Positions 12,835 to 26,316 of a stretch of DNA of 64,000 nt are shown piece after piece (position 1 is the stretch's first letter; each line of letters opens with the position of its first letter). The translations under genes were made by a program, and so were the position numbers. The notes under the pieces are model-generated. The model saw nothing but the letters and a program-made list of their open reading frames with translations. It was not told where the DNA came from and did no database searches. The DNA lies in assembly GCA_030324005.1 (NCBI GenBank), contig JARDVH010000110.1, positions 49,572,833-49,636,832 on the forward strand, in the 5' to 3' direction. Origin of the DNA: Negaprion brevirostris. Lineage: Eukaryota.

Positions 12835-14999
12835 TTGTATACTGCAGTCATTGGATAAAAGGACGTAAAGTGAAAGCACGTGGGGTTGGGTGAAAACAGG
12901 AACCCAGATTTATTGATGAGCCACTAAAATCTTGGCAGATATGTATAGTATCACTCTACATCATTACAGGCACAATTGGGGTTGTCCAGTCACTAGATTA
13001 GACGAGTTCGAAGACTCCCATATTTACAAGTCTCATATAATTCAGATTCAACCTTTGGATGGTGTAGGGTTGAGACACAAGGCAAGTGTCTCAAGATCTT
13101 GCCTTGAGACACTCAGGCTTACTGTTTTGTTTGATCTTAAGTATCTTTACTTCTTTCATGGATCCTACTACATTCCTTTAAGATGCTCTCTGGATCTATT
13201 CTAGCATTAACTAGTCTGTTCCACAGCATTCCAGTTCTGGCCAAGAGTGGCCAAAGAGAGCTAGAAAACACCCTCAGACAACATGAAGTGGCAGCTCTGC
13301 AGTTTGCACACTTAACTCTACTTTGACTACGATGTATTCTCTTAAAGCCACAAGTTCTTTGGTGTAGGTCCTCAGAATGACAGCTCCTGGCTTTAATGAT
13401 AGGTGATTCAATTTTTGCTTATAGGTGGTCTCAGGAATTAAGGAGATGGCAGCCCACATGTTGACCTCCATTCTGATGGGTTGTCAATTCAAATTTGGAA
13501 TTATCTAGAACCAATATGATTCACATTGAACTGAAAATACATTTCATTTCAATTTTTGTCAGATTTCCTTCCTGTTGTGTGTTCTTGTCTTCATGGTTCT
13601 TTTTTTTCTTCTACATTGTAAACCTTTCCTTTCATTCTTCTTTTTAGGTGTGGCCTGTTTCCTTCTTTGGACATTTGTCTCTGGGGAAACTGGTTTCTTA
13701 CCAGCACGTTTGTGCTATGTGACCAATTTTGCCACAATTTTTGTACTGGCTGTCTTTNNNNNNNNNNNNNNNNNNNNNNNNNNNNNNNNNNNNNNNNNNN
13801 NNNNNNNCTGTCGCTGGGTATACTTTTTCTGGGCAATTTCTGGATCCCCATATCTGCTCCAAGCTGATAAGCTTCCTTAGTAGCAAGCTACAGCTATCTC
13901 CAAAGCTGTTTTCAGACCCAAATTCGGGTGAGTTAGCAATCTTTGCTGTATAGTCTCATTCCTCTGTCCACAAACCAGATGGTCTCTGATCCTATCATTC
14001 AGAGTTCACAAATGGTACAATGAGGTGCTTTAAGGTCACCACAAATGCTAATGTGAGGCACTCTAAGGTCACAACAAGTGGTGCTATATTTTCTACTTCT
14101 AGCTGATTTCTACTACGGAACCTAAATCACTCCACAATAATTAGTGGTNNNNNNNNNNCTACTGGATTTTTCAGGCTGGACCAGACTCCAGAGTAAATTT
14201 AAAGTTCTACTGTTGATGGTGCTGAGAAAATTAGGGACTACTATATCCTTAGAAATCTTTGCTAGAATACTGAAAACTTTCTGTATTCCAATTCTCAGAA
14301 TATTTCTTGAATTGCCCAACGGCATCAAATTTTCCCACCATTTCACAGGGATACCAAGAACTGCTCAGCAATGTTCCTTCAGCAGCTTCCCTTAGTCTAA
14401 CTTATTTTTCAACTCATAATATGGGCCAACTGTTGCAGCTTTCCTTAGATTTAATGCAATGCATAAAATCTCTGTCTCTGTTTCACTCCACCTCCGTGTC
14501 TCGTCTAAGTGCACCTGTGGCGAGCTCTGCATTCTAAATTCTTTGGGGTGTCAGTTTTAATTTTCGATTTGGACTCATTTCTTTTTCTGTTCAACCATCT
14601 TACTGGTCCGATACTAGGTGCAAACGGCTGACCTGCTGTTGGTTCTGCCCCAACATCTAAAGTAACAAAGTTTTCAGTTGATAAGTGCAGCTCCAATTTT
14701 CTTTTCCTTTTATTCAAAAATCATTTTATCCACTCTTTGTATTATTTTTATCCTGTTATATGCTATATTTGTTGGATAAAAGAATGTAAAGTGATCGCAC
14801 GTGGACTTGGATGAAAACAACAAAACAGGTTAAGGTGTTGACCCTAGAGGCTTGATCTAGGCTGGCAAAAAGCTTGCAAAGCAACCGATGTCACGTACAT
14901 CTTAGCTTCCACAAGAAAGGCATCTTAGTAAATGTAATTGTGATTTGACACTTAAAGTGACAACACAACCACACAACAAACAGTCTCAAATATATAACA
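12835..14999 (-). mobile_element. Decayed, internally deleted Ty3/Gypsy LTR retrotransposon
   Basis: LTR 14754-14999 with TGTTATAT...ATATAACA ends; LTR segment 14772-14820 repeated at 12851-12900; Gag knuckle remnant KNCGKIGHIAQTC (~13700-13740); protease-like MEVNMWAAISLIPETTY (13274..13471); RT start SDWTTPIVPV (~12965-12994). Confidence 0.8.
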
Positions 15000-15179
15000 G
15001 GTTGCATCTAATGGAAGTCTCACCAACTTCCATTGAAGAATCTGATTTAACACAATTCTCTAGACTGAAAAAACAACAAACTTTCATTCATATAACATGT
15101 TTCAGATCCTCCAGTCATTCCAAAGCCCTTGACAGCAATAAGGCACTTCTGGAGTGTTTTTACTATTGTGCTGTTACAG

Positions 15180-15432
15180 AAGGTTAGGGGGCATGGAGTT
15201 GGGGGTAAGGTGTTAGCGTGGATAGGGGATTGGCTGTCAAATAGGAGGNNNNNNNNNNNNNNNNNNNNNNNNNNNNNNNNNNNNNNNNNNNNNNNNNNNN
15301 NNNNNNNNNNNNNNNNNNNNNNNNNNNNNNNNNNNNNNNNNNNNNNNNATCAGCCATGACCTTATTGAATGGCAGGGCAGGCTCGAAGGGCTAGATGGCC
15401 TACTCCTGCTCCTATTTCTTATGTTTATGTTC
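15180..15432 (+). mobile_element. CR1 fragment spanning a gap
   Basis: GHGVGGKVLAWIGDWLSNRR; tail gggctagatggcctactcctgctcctatttcttatg, also present at 57165-57227. Confidence 0.75.
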
Positions 15433-16295
15433 TGGCAAACATGGTTTCCAATTTGCGCAAAACAATGTTCCACAAATAGAAATGAAATAAGCAACTTGCA
15501 AATTTATTGGTGGAAAGGTAAATATTGACCAGGTCATCAAGACCTGGAAAAGTGGCCATTTTTTTTTATATATATTCACCTTGAGCAGCCTGACAGGATC
15601 TCAGTTTAACATCCAAAAGGTAGCATCCTTTGACAGAGCAGCACTCCTTTGTTAGTGCACTGGAGTGTCTGTTGTGATTTTATGCTCAAGTCGCTGAAGT
15701 GAGTTTTAAGCGCTCAACCTTCTGACAGAGTGGTGTGAATACTAAGCAAAGACTGCAACCTTAAAACAGTGAATATTGTCAAAGTAGTACATTTAAGATA
15801 TAACCCTGCTGCCTCATTTCTTTCTTGCCAAGTGAACTTCCATTGTGTAATGCTGTGCTCGCTTGTCTTGTGCCACCTTCGTTCAACTACAACAGCTTAT
15901 CTGCAACTACTCCGAAACTTTCTTACTCAACTATGCCTAGGTTGATTCCTCTTTCTGCTGCCCTCCACTTTGCTGTCTCGGAGAGTTATCTGTAGCTTTT
16001 CAGCACTAATCAAATGGTCAAAATACAGACATTTCCTTTCTGGGTATCACATTTTAGCATATTTTTTTGCTCTTGCTATTTCAGGAACCTCTTCATTAAT
16101 CTTATCATCAGCACGTGGAATTTTTAGCATACGTCTTAACATTCATATTAAAGGCATGATAGTAAACATAACTGTTATTCAAGCCAATGAAGAAAGTATT
16201 CAGTATTTTTATGATGATGCCAACTCACTGACTCTCACACATGACGTACTGCATTACTGAATGCTTGATTGTATTTCAAGTCCAAATGTACTCAC

Positions 16296-16404
16296 CAAAT
16301 ATATTAGTTTTCACTGTGATAGACAGATGTGTGTTATGCCTCAGGATTTCTTGCGCTTTTGTGTACTGGATGTTCTCAAAGTTCTGTCCATTTACTTCCA
16401 TAAT
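16296..16404 (-). CDS. RAPGEF6: RAPGEF6 exon, 109 nt, phase 0-1: [36 protein letters not shown] (PDZ domain, C part)
   Basis: atttcag|ATT ... TTTG|gtgagt; manual translation. Confidence 0.95.
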
Positions 16405-17184
16405 CTGAAATAATTGTCACATGTTTTGAAGATCATTTCAATAGTAAAGGCGGACTCAAAGCACACTTTGTGTTTGAATTTTGTTAGCTGTACAGTCACT
16501 ATGGCAATAAGAATCTGAATATTAAATATTGGCTTAATGTAACTGAGTTTCAACCTCCCTCACCATGCTAGTGTTGCTACCCCACCTTCCCCAGTCCTCG
16601 CCACATCAATGCCCAGACCCAGCACACACATGGACATTTCCAGAAATCTGAAGAGCTGTTGCTTTTCTAGCCCTAAGTGTTGAGGTTAATTATAGAACTG
16701 ATACTATAGCCCTGACCAAGATCAATTAACTCTGCACTGATGATCAATCCTTGTGTTTTCTGGTCCATATGGTTCAGCTAAAAACGAGACAAATTTGCTG
16801 ATAGTGGGGCAAAAACAGAGGCGAAGTGTCTCATCTAAGGTCAGAAATGCACTGTCACAACAAGGTATAGTAAGGCGCTATGCCTAAACGGTGAGTATTC
16901 AAGACCGGATGCAAAAATGGATGTGTGGGGGGGTGAAGGTTAATGTGGCAGTTGAATTTTCTGTACTGCCTTTTCTTGTTTCATATCTTGGCTCCCATGT
17001 TTCATAGGAACACTTGCAGATAAACTTTAATCAAAAAGGAATCTAAAATAAACAAGTGCTTCAGCAGTCATTTGGGACTTGATCAACGCGGAGTACATTT
17101 TTAGAACGCAACAAATCTGTAAACACATATTAGCATGCCTTGCCTAAATCAGATTGAATATACTTTGTTAATTAGTCAAGTTAA

Positions 17185-17600
17185 AAGACTGGCATTTATA
17201 TAGCAATTTTCATGATGACTGGACATCTCAAAGTACTTTACAGTCAATTAAGCATTTTTGAAGTATATTCATTGCTGGAATATAAGAAACACAGCAGTGA
17301 ATTTGCATCCATCTAGCTCCCAGAACAGCAGTGCAATAATGCCCTGAGGATTTATTTTTTGTGATATTGATTAAGGGATAAATATTGGCCAGTGTGCTGG
17401 GGATAACTTCCCTGCTCTTTAAAATAGTGCCACAGGACCGTTTACATCCACCTGAACGGCAAAAAGGGCCTCACCTTAACGTTTCATCCAAAAGCCAGCA
17501 TCTGCATTGGTGCAACTGCCCTCTGAGCCTTGAGTAGAGCCTGAATCTGGGATCTAATGACTGAGAGACAGCAGTGATACCAACTCAGCCACTGCTGATA
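17185..17600 (-). mobile_element. Deu-domain SINE (SacSINE1/AmnSINE1-like), old
   Basis: Reverse strand reads gatgctggcttttggatgaaacgttaaggtgaggccc, similar to the Deu core as recalled; related pieces at 2325-2475, 15490-15750, 29745-30110, 59885-60005. Confidence 0.6.
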
Positions 17601-18217
17601 GATGCCGTAATTTTGTGCCCACGTCTGCCACGACTGCAAATGGCACATGGGCACAGAATATCACGAGATTCAGAAAATGAGAATTTCACTAGCAAGACAT
17701 TGCCTTCGGATTTTCCCTGCCCTTCACCGGTGATGTAACAAAAGGTCAGGAAGCTCATTTCTTGGAACTAACAACTTACGAAAGGGCAACCTCCCACCCC
17801 CCACTGTTTCCCAACAGGGCTTGCAACTCGTCAACAGGCAAAGGGAACCTTCCAGACTGCACAGGTAAGGGGAGTGGGATCATGTCAGGGGCAGTGCCAA
17901 GACGGACCACTCTGGAGAGGGAGGGTTCCCCTTGTATATGCATGTACGCGTGTGTCAGCATTGCCGGCTTTTTCCAACCCCATTGCTGCTGAGCTGCATT
18001 CCAGTTTTCCTGCCTCAGCCAACACACTGTGCAATGGAACATTCTGCCCAGCGTTTTAATACTTTCATACAATTGATTGTTTATACAATGGACACCAATG
18101 TAGATTGAATATTGAATATATCTCACAAAAACTAATGCATGCAAATTTCAAAAAGTCCCAGCTACTAAGAGTTCGACTGTTACAAATAATTGTATTTTCA
18201 AATGCAATAGTTTTTAC

Positions 18218-18421
18218 CTGGTCACCTCGCTTAAGTCCAGCCTCAGCAGCTTTGCTGCCTGCCTCCACGCTTTCCACAAAGATACCAAATCCTCTCTCAC
18301 TGCCACCAAGCAGACTAAAGTACAATGGTGACTCTCTGGAAGGTTTTAGCAAAGTTATCTGCCTCCACTTAGCTTTAGCAGCACAAGCAATATTCAACAA
18401 CCTGAGATGTCCTTTCATTTT
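18218..18421 (-). CDS. RAPGEF6: RAPGEF6 exon, 204 nt: [21 protein letters not shown]...[25 protein letters not shown] (PDZ domain, N part)
   Basis: ttttcag|AAA ... CAG|gtaaaa; overlaps ORF 18065..18418; GFGIF PDZ motif. Confidence 0.96.
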
Positions 18422-19302
18422 CTGAAAATTATGAAGAATACAAACTGTATAGTAACATAAACATAATTACAAGGTAGAAAGCAATGAACAATTGGAAGTG
18501 AATGCAAACCAGTACTCTAATCAAAGTATTCAAATTAAACAGTGGTTTCTGAATAAATGGTTCATTACTCTTATCCAAAACTCAGAAGGAAACAATGATT
18601 TCAAAATTAACCAATTATTTATCACGTTAATAACTTTAATTTTGTTTTCACTGTTTATTAATCTTGAGTGATTGTTATATAGACAGTACTTGATCAAAAC
18701 AAGTTATGCAGTATATTAAAACAAGCATGATTTTTATTCAGGTAATAAATGATAGGCAGGAGTATATGAGACACTTTACATCTTTGTAAATGTTTTGGCA
18801 TGAAGCAAAGCTATGTACAAAAGTAATGACCATTATGATAAAAACTTTGTATTGTTGTCATTAGGTTACTTCATTTTGAAAGGATAAATATAACACAAAA
18901 CATCATCATTTAACTACATCAACAACAGGAAAGAAAAAAATGGATCAAGTTGAAAATGAACACAGTAAATTTAATGGTGGTAGTGTCCTACGTTATCTCA
19001 TCAATCTGATCAGAACTAATATACAACTGATTAATGGTATTCTATTGAAAATATTTAGAGAAACAATGAACAGCTAGGAATTAATAAGTGGCAGCAATAT
19101 CACCCAGGTTCAGCGAGATGATAAATTGCAAAAGTGAAGCTTGAGCAGTTTATTGGTCACCAGTGCTTCAGGAATTGCACAACTAAGTGCCAGAAACATA
19201 AAGAAAGATAACACTGGGGTTGCAGGCAATAAACATGCTTGCTTGGAACCATGTGTCAGTTCTGTAACAAACTTTTTTCTAAAATTGCTTCAATTTATAT
19301 AC

Positions 19303-19640
19303 TTTTTTTATTCATTCGCGGGACATGGGCATCGCTGGCTGGCTAGCATTTATTGCCCATTCCTAGTTGTCCTTGGAAGGCAGTTGAGACTCAACTACGT
19401 TGCTACGGCTCTGAGGTCACACGTAGGCCAGACCAGATAGGATGCAGATTTGCTTCCCTAAAGAGCATTAGTGAACCCGATGGGTTTTTCCCGCCAATTG
19501 ACAATGGTTTCATGTCTTCAATAGATTCTTAATTCCAGATTTTTAAAAATTGAAGTTATTTGCTGTGGCAGAATTCGAACTTGGGTCCCCAGAACATTAG
19601 CTGAGTTTCTGGATAATACCACTAGGCCATTGCCTTCCGT
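19303..19640 (-). mobile_element. tRNA-headed SINE sharing its 3' tail with the LINE at 8690-9807 / 49065-49950
   Basis: Head tggcctagtggta...gttcgaattc; tail aaggacaactaggaatgggcaataaatgct...gaatgaataaaaaa. Confidence 0.7.
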
Positions 19641-19881
19641 TCATAAACCATATAACTTACTCCCCACGCAACATTCATTCCGTATTCATTTTCAAATTTA
19701 ATCTATTCTCTATTGGTCTTTTGGTCATGTTGTTGATAGAGTTAAGTTGTTATGTTCAATTTGAAATTATATTTGCTATTTTTAATCAAACGAGTGACTA
19801 CTTTTGTACTTGCTCTTCCATCACGCTAAAACATTTACTGATGTGCCAAAGTGTTTCATACATTACTGCAGTTACACTTAC

Positions 19882-19989
19882 CGCAGTTTCTAACTTATTT
19901 TCAAATTCCTCTAGAAAACTGGTCATGGCAGGATCTCCTTCAAAATCATTGAAGTGATTGTTCACCCATAAGAGCACAACTCGTGTGAC
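19882..19989 (-). CDS. RAPGEF6: RAPGEF6 exon, 108 nt: [36 protein letters not shown] (REM domain)
   Basis: gttttag|GTC ... GCG|gtaagt; manual translation. Confidence 0.95.
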
Positions 19990-20218
19990 CTAAAACAAGT
20001 TATTCGGAATTTAGAAATACAACATATAAAAATGAGGCGCAAAACATGCTAATAAATTTAATTGCTAATTTTAAATTAACGTTGTATGTTGTCTATTCCC
20101 AGACATATAGCCACACAAAGTGCCAGTTTACACAAGCACACTTAAAAAATTTTAAATCTTCAAATATCCATTATTTTACTTTCTTATATTGGAAATTAAT
20201 AACATTCTTCAGACTGAC

Positions 20219-20383
20219 CTTGTCCCTAAGGCTATCAATGTTAAACCACTCCAGTAATTTTTCTCCGACTTCCATAGGACCTGACAGAAACGTTCTACAC
20301 GTTAACAAGAAATCCTCTATGTACGTGGGATCCACAATGGAATGTTCTTCAACTAGATGCCTAATGAGTCTGTCTGGTGTTCC
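20219..20383 (-). CDS. RAPGEF6: RAPGEF6 exon, 165 nt: [55 protein letters not shown] (REM domain)
   Basis: tttttcag|GGA ... AAG|gtcagt; manual translation. Confidence 0.95.
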
Positions 20384-21044
20384 CTGAAAAAGTAATGCAA
20401 CATTATTAAAATCAGTTCAGTTATTCTCTAGACAATTCCTCTTCTACTTACTTTGGGTGAAAACTCTACTTGATAAATTTGCAAATATAACTCACTAATT
20501 CAGCTAATATAAATTTGTGTTGCCTCGTGATGAGGCAGAGATACAAGTTGCTTCTGGCCCTGGCTTTCATTTGTCACACACCTATCCAATAATACATCTA
20601 TATTACCAAGCAATTTTATTTTCAATCTTTTTATCCAGAAACAAAAACTTCTTGTTTTGGCAAGGTATCATGGGGATGGCTCTTCACCTAACAGAGAAAC
20701 TATGAGCTCCAACACTTTTTATTTTCCCACTGTTTTTTAAAGTATTTTTATTGAAGATATTTTTCATTTATACAAAAAATGCAACAAACTCTCAAAGATT
20801 GCCACAATGCAGTAGGATCATTTTACAATTCAGTCTCTTCTCACAATAAGTAGTCTGTCAGCCCTATAACAGTTTAAAGCTTATTTGTGTCATGAGTATC
20901 AGATTCGAAGCTCATCTCAGGATCAGATATGACACCCAGGCCATGAAAAGTCTGTTTGCATCTGAAGTCAGAGAGAGGAATGCAGTCATTTGAATTTCAT
21001 GGTTTCATTTGTAAATGGCCCAGCTCTGATTAAAGTATTTTATA

Positions 21045-21330
21045 GTTCATTCATTAGTGTCACAAGTAGGCTTACATTAACACTGCAATAAAGTTGCTGT
21101 GAAAATCCCCTAGTCGCCACACTCCAGTATCTGTTTGGGTACACTGAGGGAAAATTTAGCATGGCCAATGCACCTAACCAGCATGTCTTTCAGATTGAGG
21201 GAGGAAACCAGAGCACCCAGAGGAAACACATGCAGATACAGGAAGAATGTGCAAATTCTGTACAGACGGTGACCCAAGCCAGGAATTGATACCAGGTTCC
21301 TGGCACTGTGAGGCATTAACCACTGTGCCA
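21045..21330 (-). mobile_element. HE1/V-SINE-like element
   Basis: Near copy of 10985-11280 including its tail. Confidence 0.85.
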
Positions 21331-21899
21331 TTCTTACAGGAATTAAGAATGGATTCTATGACTCCAAAACAACTGAAATAAAAAAAGATACGTGAGCCCA
21401 TAACTTCTAGTGGGGTATTCCCCACCACTAAGGACTCATCGGGCCCTACCACGACCTTCACATTAAATCACTTGCGCACCTCCCGGTAATGGTGCTACTT
21501 ATTTTAATCATAACTGTAATAAAGGTTTTCTGGTGAAAACGTCCACTGCTACATATAGGATTATAAAATGAGAAAATGGATAAAAATCACACAGCACTAT
21601 TAAGGATACATGAATGCTCCTGGGTACATTAGGATAACAAGAGAAAATTCGCTATCATGTACACTCATAAGATTGCCCTTGTCAACATGATAATCACATA
21701 ACAGGATCAATTAAGAATTACAGAGGTTAACAAGGATTAACAAAGAATTGCAAAACATGACAATAAACTGGATGGTCAGTGAAATTCACCTTATGGCTCA
21801 GTTACAGGATTGTACCTGCCAAATGAAAGAAACAGAGTGCAGGATCAATACAAGAAGCTGCAAATTGTGATTCTGAATCATTGCCTTCTATGGATTCTA

Positions 21900-22760
21900 A
21901 AACAAAAACACCAAAGCCTCAACATAGATTGTCAAATGAGCTAACAGACCCTTCAAGGATGACCCTCAGGACAGCAGGATTGTGCAGGGCTTCCTGAATT
22001 CCAGAAGTCTTCAAACACATTCTGACCACAACAAAACCTGTGTAGTTTTGCTGCACTACTGCCGAGTCCTGGAACAACAAGACTTTTGCTCCATCATCGA
22101 GTTACGTCCTATCAAGTCTGGCAGCCTCAAAACTCTTTGGCAGTTCCTGAAGCTATGGAAATGTATAATAATAGAACATGGACATTGAATGTCCCTCAGC
22201 AGCCAACTTTCAAAAAATTTAACCTGGTGCTTGCCTTCAGCTCCCTCTGGAAAACTGATCACATGGACCTTCTTCCTATGGGGTCCAATTTTCCAGGTCC
22301 ATCAGGATATCTGACATACCATGCAGCTGACCTTCTAAGGATTGCAGCCAAGTTTGATCAAAGAAGCAGTACTTCCAACATTAAGATTTCTATCTCCCGC
22401 CTCACTGAGCTTCTTGCCAGTATTCTGCAGTTCATCCAAGTGAGCATCATCATTGTGTGTCAAAACATCAAGTTTGTCACCAAAAACTTTAATAATGTTT
22501 GCAGTCATCACCTGCAATGCCTTTGAAAGCACTGGACCCAGAGCCTGCTCCTCAGCCAGGTTGCCATGTTGGTGCCCGGCTCTGCCCCAGGTACCTCCGA
22601 TTGCTCCTTTTTCTCAATTATTTTTCTGATACTCCTCTGCACTCTGTCATCAGCACTTCCCCAAAACTGTTCTAAAGACATAGCACAATGTATACACTCC
22701 AAGATATAGCGACTGGGATCTGTACGTCAGGATAAAAATAAGGATAAAAAAACGAGCAGC
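21900..22760 (-). mobile_element. Decayed L1-clade ORF1 fragment
   Basis: FPEGAEGK..VKFFESWL and IIIHFHSFRNCQRVL (ORF 22056..22262) resemble L1 ORF1p motifs; coiled-coil-like ORF 22335..22532; boundaries approximate. Confidence 0.6.
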
Positions 22761-23345
22761 GCCAGAGCTCATGAAAACACCTTAATTCCTGTGCTCACAT
22801 CATATGACCCAGAATCTCAATGAGTTTGTTCTGCTACTCTGCCATTCTGTTGCTCAAGATATTCTTTATTTCATCATGTTGCTGAAGGATAATATACTGC
22901 TTTTGAATCAGATCTTTCAACTGTTCATTTTCCCATTCAACAAGGGGAGGGGGAGGGAAATGGAAAGGGGACGAGGGAGGAGATAATGTACGAGGCGGGG
23001 AAGAATATAATCCTATAGTAAGAGTACGGAAATGCATTTGTCTAGTACTATTGGGTAGTCAGTCATGTTAAAACATTAATGAGGCTTATCTTTTTAATAA
23101 TTCAGAATATCAGTTGCCTACTAAGTAATGTTTAGTTGGAATTACTTTTAGTTTGTACGGAGATTGTAACATCTTGTTTTCATGGTATAACAAAATTAAA
23201 TGCTTCATTGATAGCTAGCAAAACCTTTGAAACTTTGCATATGTGAGAATTAATAATAGTAAAGGCAAGAGAAAATGAGAAAATTGTTCTATCTGAAAAC
23301 ATAGATTGCACTAATTCCAACAATCCAATGTCTTTCTCAGCCTAC

Positions 23346-23498
23346 CTTTATAACTATGTGTCCTTTCCTTGTTCCACTACGATCCAGCTCTCTGTGCTCT
23401 TTCACCATTACTATCTCTCCTTCCTCCTCAACCTTGTGAGTGTTCTTCTCCACTTGATTCAGAATTCGGCAATAATCCTGTTGAGCTATACTTACAAA
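23346..23498 (-). CDS. RAPGEF6: RAPGEF6 exon, 153 nt: [51 protein letters not shown]
   Basis: cttgtgacag|TTT ... AAG|gtaggc; manual translation, not in the ORF track. Confidence 0.95.
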
Positions 23499-25671
23499 CT
23501 GTCACAAGATAGAAAGAGAGATCAAAAATGATTAGATTACACGTATCATATATATTAAAGTAACTAGGATACCAATACATAATTAATAGTTTTTCCTGTA
23601 ATCTGTGTGGTCTGGCAGCAATTCCAGATTTCACAACACAAAATAAATAAAGCACATCTCATTATGGTAGAACATTATGCATAAAGGGCATCACAAAACT
23701 TACACTGACCATCAGTTTATAATGATCAATAAGCACGAAAATCTAAAATTTGAAAAACTGCCAATGTATACAAGTACTACCATGTGAAAGCTAAACCCTG
23801 GAGTTCCCTCTCTAACAGCACTGTGGGCGTACCTACAACTCAGGGGCAGCAGCAGTTCTTGAAGGCAGTGCATGAACACCTTCTAATGGGCAAGTAGGGA
23901 TGGGCAATAAATGCTGGTCTAGGCAGTGAGGCCCAGATCCCATAAAATGATTTAGAACATTTTGAAATCCTTCCCTCAAGATATTAATTCATGCTGCTTA
24001 GTAACCATCAACAACTTCCAGAGCATCGAAGAAATGGTCACTGTTCACATAGAAGTCCAAATAATGTTGACAGTCCACTGATTTAGATAGGATTGGAAGG
24101 TTACAAATTAGTCTGACTCTGTCCTGACATACCCATTTCAACTAATGTTACTGAATTGGAATCACAGAGACTTAGTCCACACACCCCTCACTAAAGCCCA
24201 CAGAATCTGACGCTAACTACAGACACCCATCATTACATGGTTAGTTCAGCATAGGCCAGGCATCAAATTCAGAAGTTTCCATCTTTATCACAATGCTTGT
24301 TGTATGTATCATATAGAAGCATCAGAGTATCCAGTGCTGAGTGAGACTTAGAGAATCATCAATTAGTGAGTATAATAATCTTAACCCCATGAATTGAATT
24401 TTCTACTGTCATATTGCCACTCTGCTCCTATTTTCCTGCTTTAATCTGGACCTCCCCATTTCTTGCCTGGATTTCTGACTTAGGCCTGCTAAGGAATGTG
24501 GAGTATAACTTCTCCTGGAGCCCTTCAACGTAGCAAAAAAGCTTCCGGGGAAATTAAGCCATGTTCCTTTTTTTACGGCACTGATAAGTTTAAATGTTCC
24601 AGCCATGTTGACAAGCTAGAACAGAAGTTAAGTGTGAAGTGTGTAGTTAAGGATGGGACTCAATGACTCATTAGTCAGGGGTGGAGGTATGGGGTTGAGT
24701 GGTCAAGGACGCGGGGGCATTGGGGTGAGGGCGCAGTTTAGTAGCATAGTTACCCAGGAGTTAGAATTGCTTTTAATCCTTCTAATTTTTCCTGAGTAGC
24801 TTTTCCAAGTTGGAACCATCTGAAGTCTCAGAATTCAACTTGGGAGTTCCAGAGGGTTCCAGATGTAGGATAATTGCCCAAAGGACGTTGAAATTGCCTG
24901 GGCAATTCCCATGCAGCCCTTGTATGGGGATCTCTGAGAAGTCCCCCAGTACATCTTCCAAAGTGCTCCTGGGGTATAACCCTCAGGGGAACGGAAGATC
25001 TGGGCCCAAAACACAGGAAATTAGCAACTCTACATGTGTCCGTGCAGATTTACTGGCTATTTAGGTGATAACAATTGCCGCAATAAACCTGCAAACAAAT
25101 CTTAGAGACAGTGGGAATAAGGCGGCCTCTATAAATTTATGTACTTTTTGTGCTATGTGTCTAATGTATTTCTATAGTATACTGTGATCATAACATTTGA
25201 GTACATTTTGCACTTCCGTCTAATCCCCAGCTTCAATGGACTGCAATGGTTGAAGGAGAATGAGCGATAAACGCCAGCATTGTCAGCAATGCCCAAATAA
25301 AATATAATATAAATAAATGTTATGCTCCTCATTCTGTAGGTTATTTTGCCTCTATCTCAAAGAACGTCATCAAAATTGTTGAAATCTTCCTTCTTTAGGA
25401 GACAGATCAAACAGAAACTACCAGCTTTGACTGGTATGCAAATTCTCATCTTAGTCAGGTACCTGGCACTAATTGTAACTATTCACTGCCAAAATGCACA
25501 CACTGCCAGTGTCAAGAGCCCAGCTGCTTTCAAGGGGATGGTCTAATTATTTCATTTTGTTTCACAGTTGCCCAGGAAATAGTCATCACCGCATATCCTC
25601 CAAGTGTGGCTAAATTAGAAATTCTCTTGTTAAATTGCAATAATCAAAGTGCTCTTGAACCATGTCCTTAC

Positions 25672-25830
25672 CTGACAATCATCTGCTTTGGTCCTAACAA
25701 TTCCTTTCATATACTGTTTCTCCAGGGAAGGAGAAATACCAAAACTGTTTCCCATGCAAAGTGTTTCAGCTCTTCCATGGGAGTCAATAATTTCCACTGA
25801 GCCGTTTAGAATAACATACCAGGACTCCAG
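25672..25830 (-). CDS. RAPGEF6: RAPGEF6 exon, 159 nt: [53 protein letters not shown] (cNMP-binding domain)
   Basis: ttacttccag|CTG ... CAG|gtaagg; lies within ORF 25630..25902. Confidence 0.95.
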
Positions 25831-26316
25831 CTGGAAGTAAAGCAAAATGGAATTTGAAGAGAAACTGTGATTTAATGTATGTACAAGTAACTCAGTTTTC
25901 ATTTAAAATCATAAATTTAAAAGCTTTATATATTTTAGGAATACTTCCCCTGCTACAATGCCCATGACAAACAAGATTTCTGTTCACTGCTATTAATAGT
26001 GTCATCATAAACATTTTATTTTTCCATATATTTACCATTTTGCGAATGAACAGAATCCTTCCTGAAAACAATTTGAGAAAACAACACACTGAAAATTATC
26101 TGTGTCATAAACTGGTGCCTTCTAACTGTGTTAGCTGTCTTACCAAACAAAGTACGAGAGCTTGGATCAATTGTTATTACTAATCTGAAATCCAGTGCAG
26201 TCAAGCATGGATAAAACTTAGCAATGTAAACAGCGTTCTCATTTTCCAAAAAAGGGAGACACAGTATTAACATCTTTGCTAAAACCAAAATAGTCAACAG
26301 ATTTATAAAACACTCG

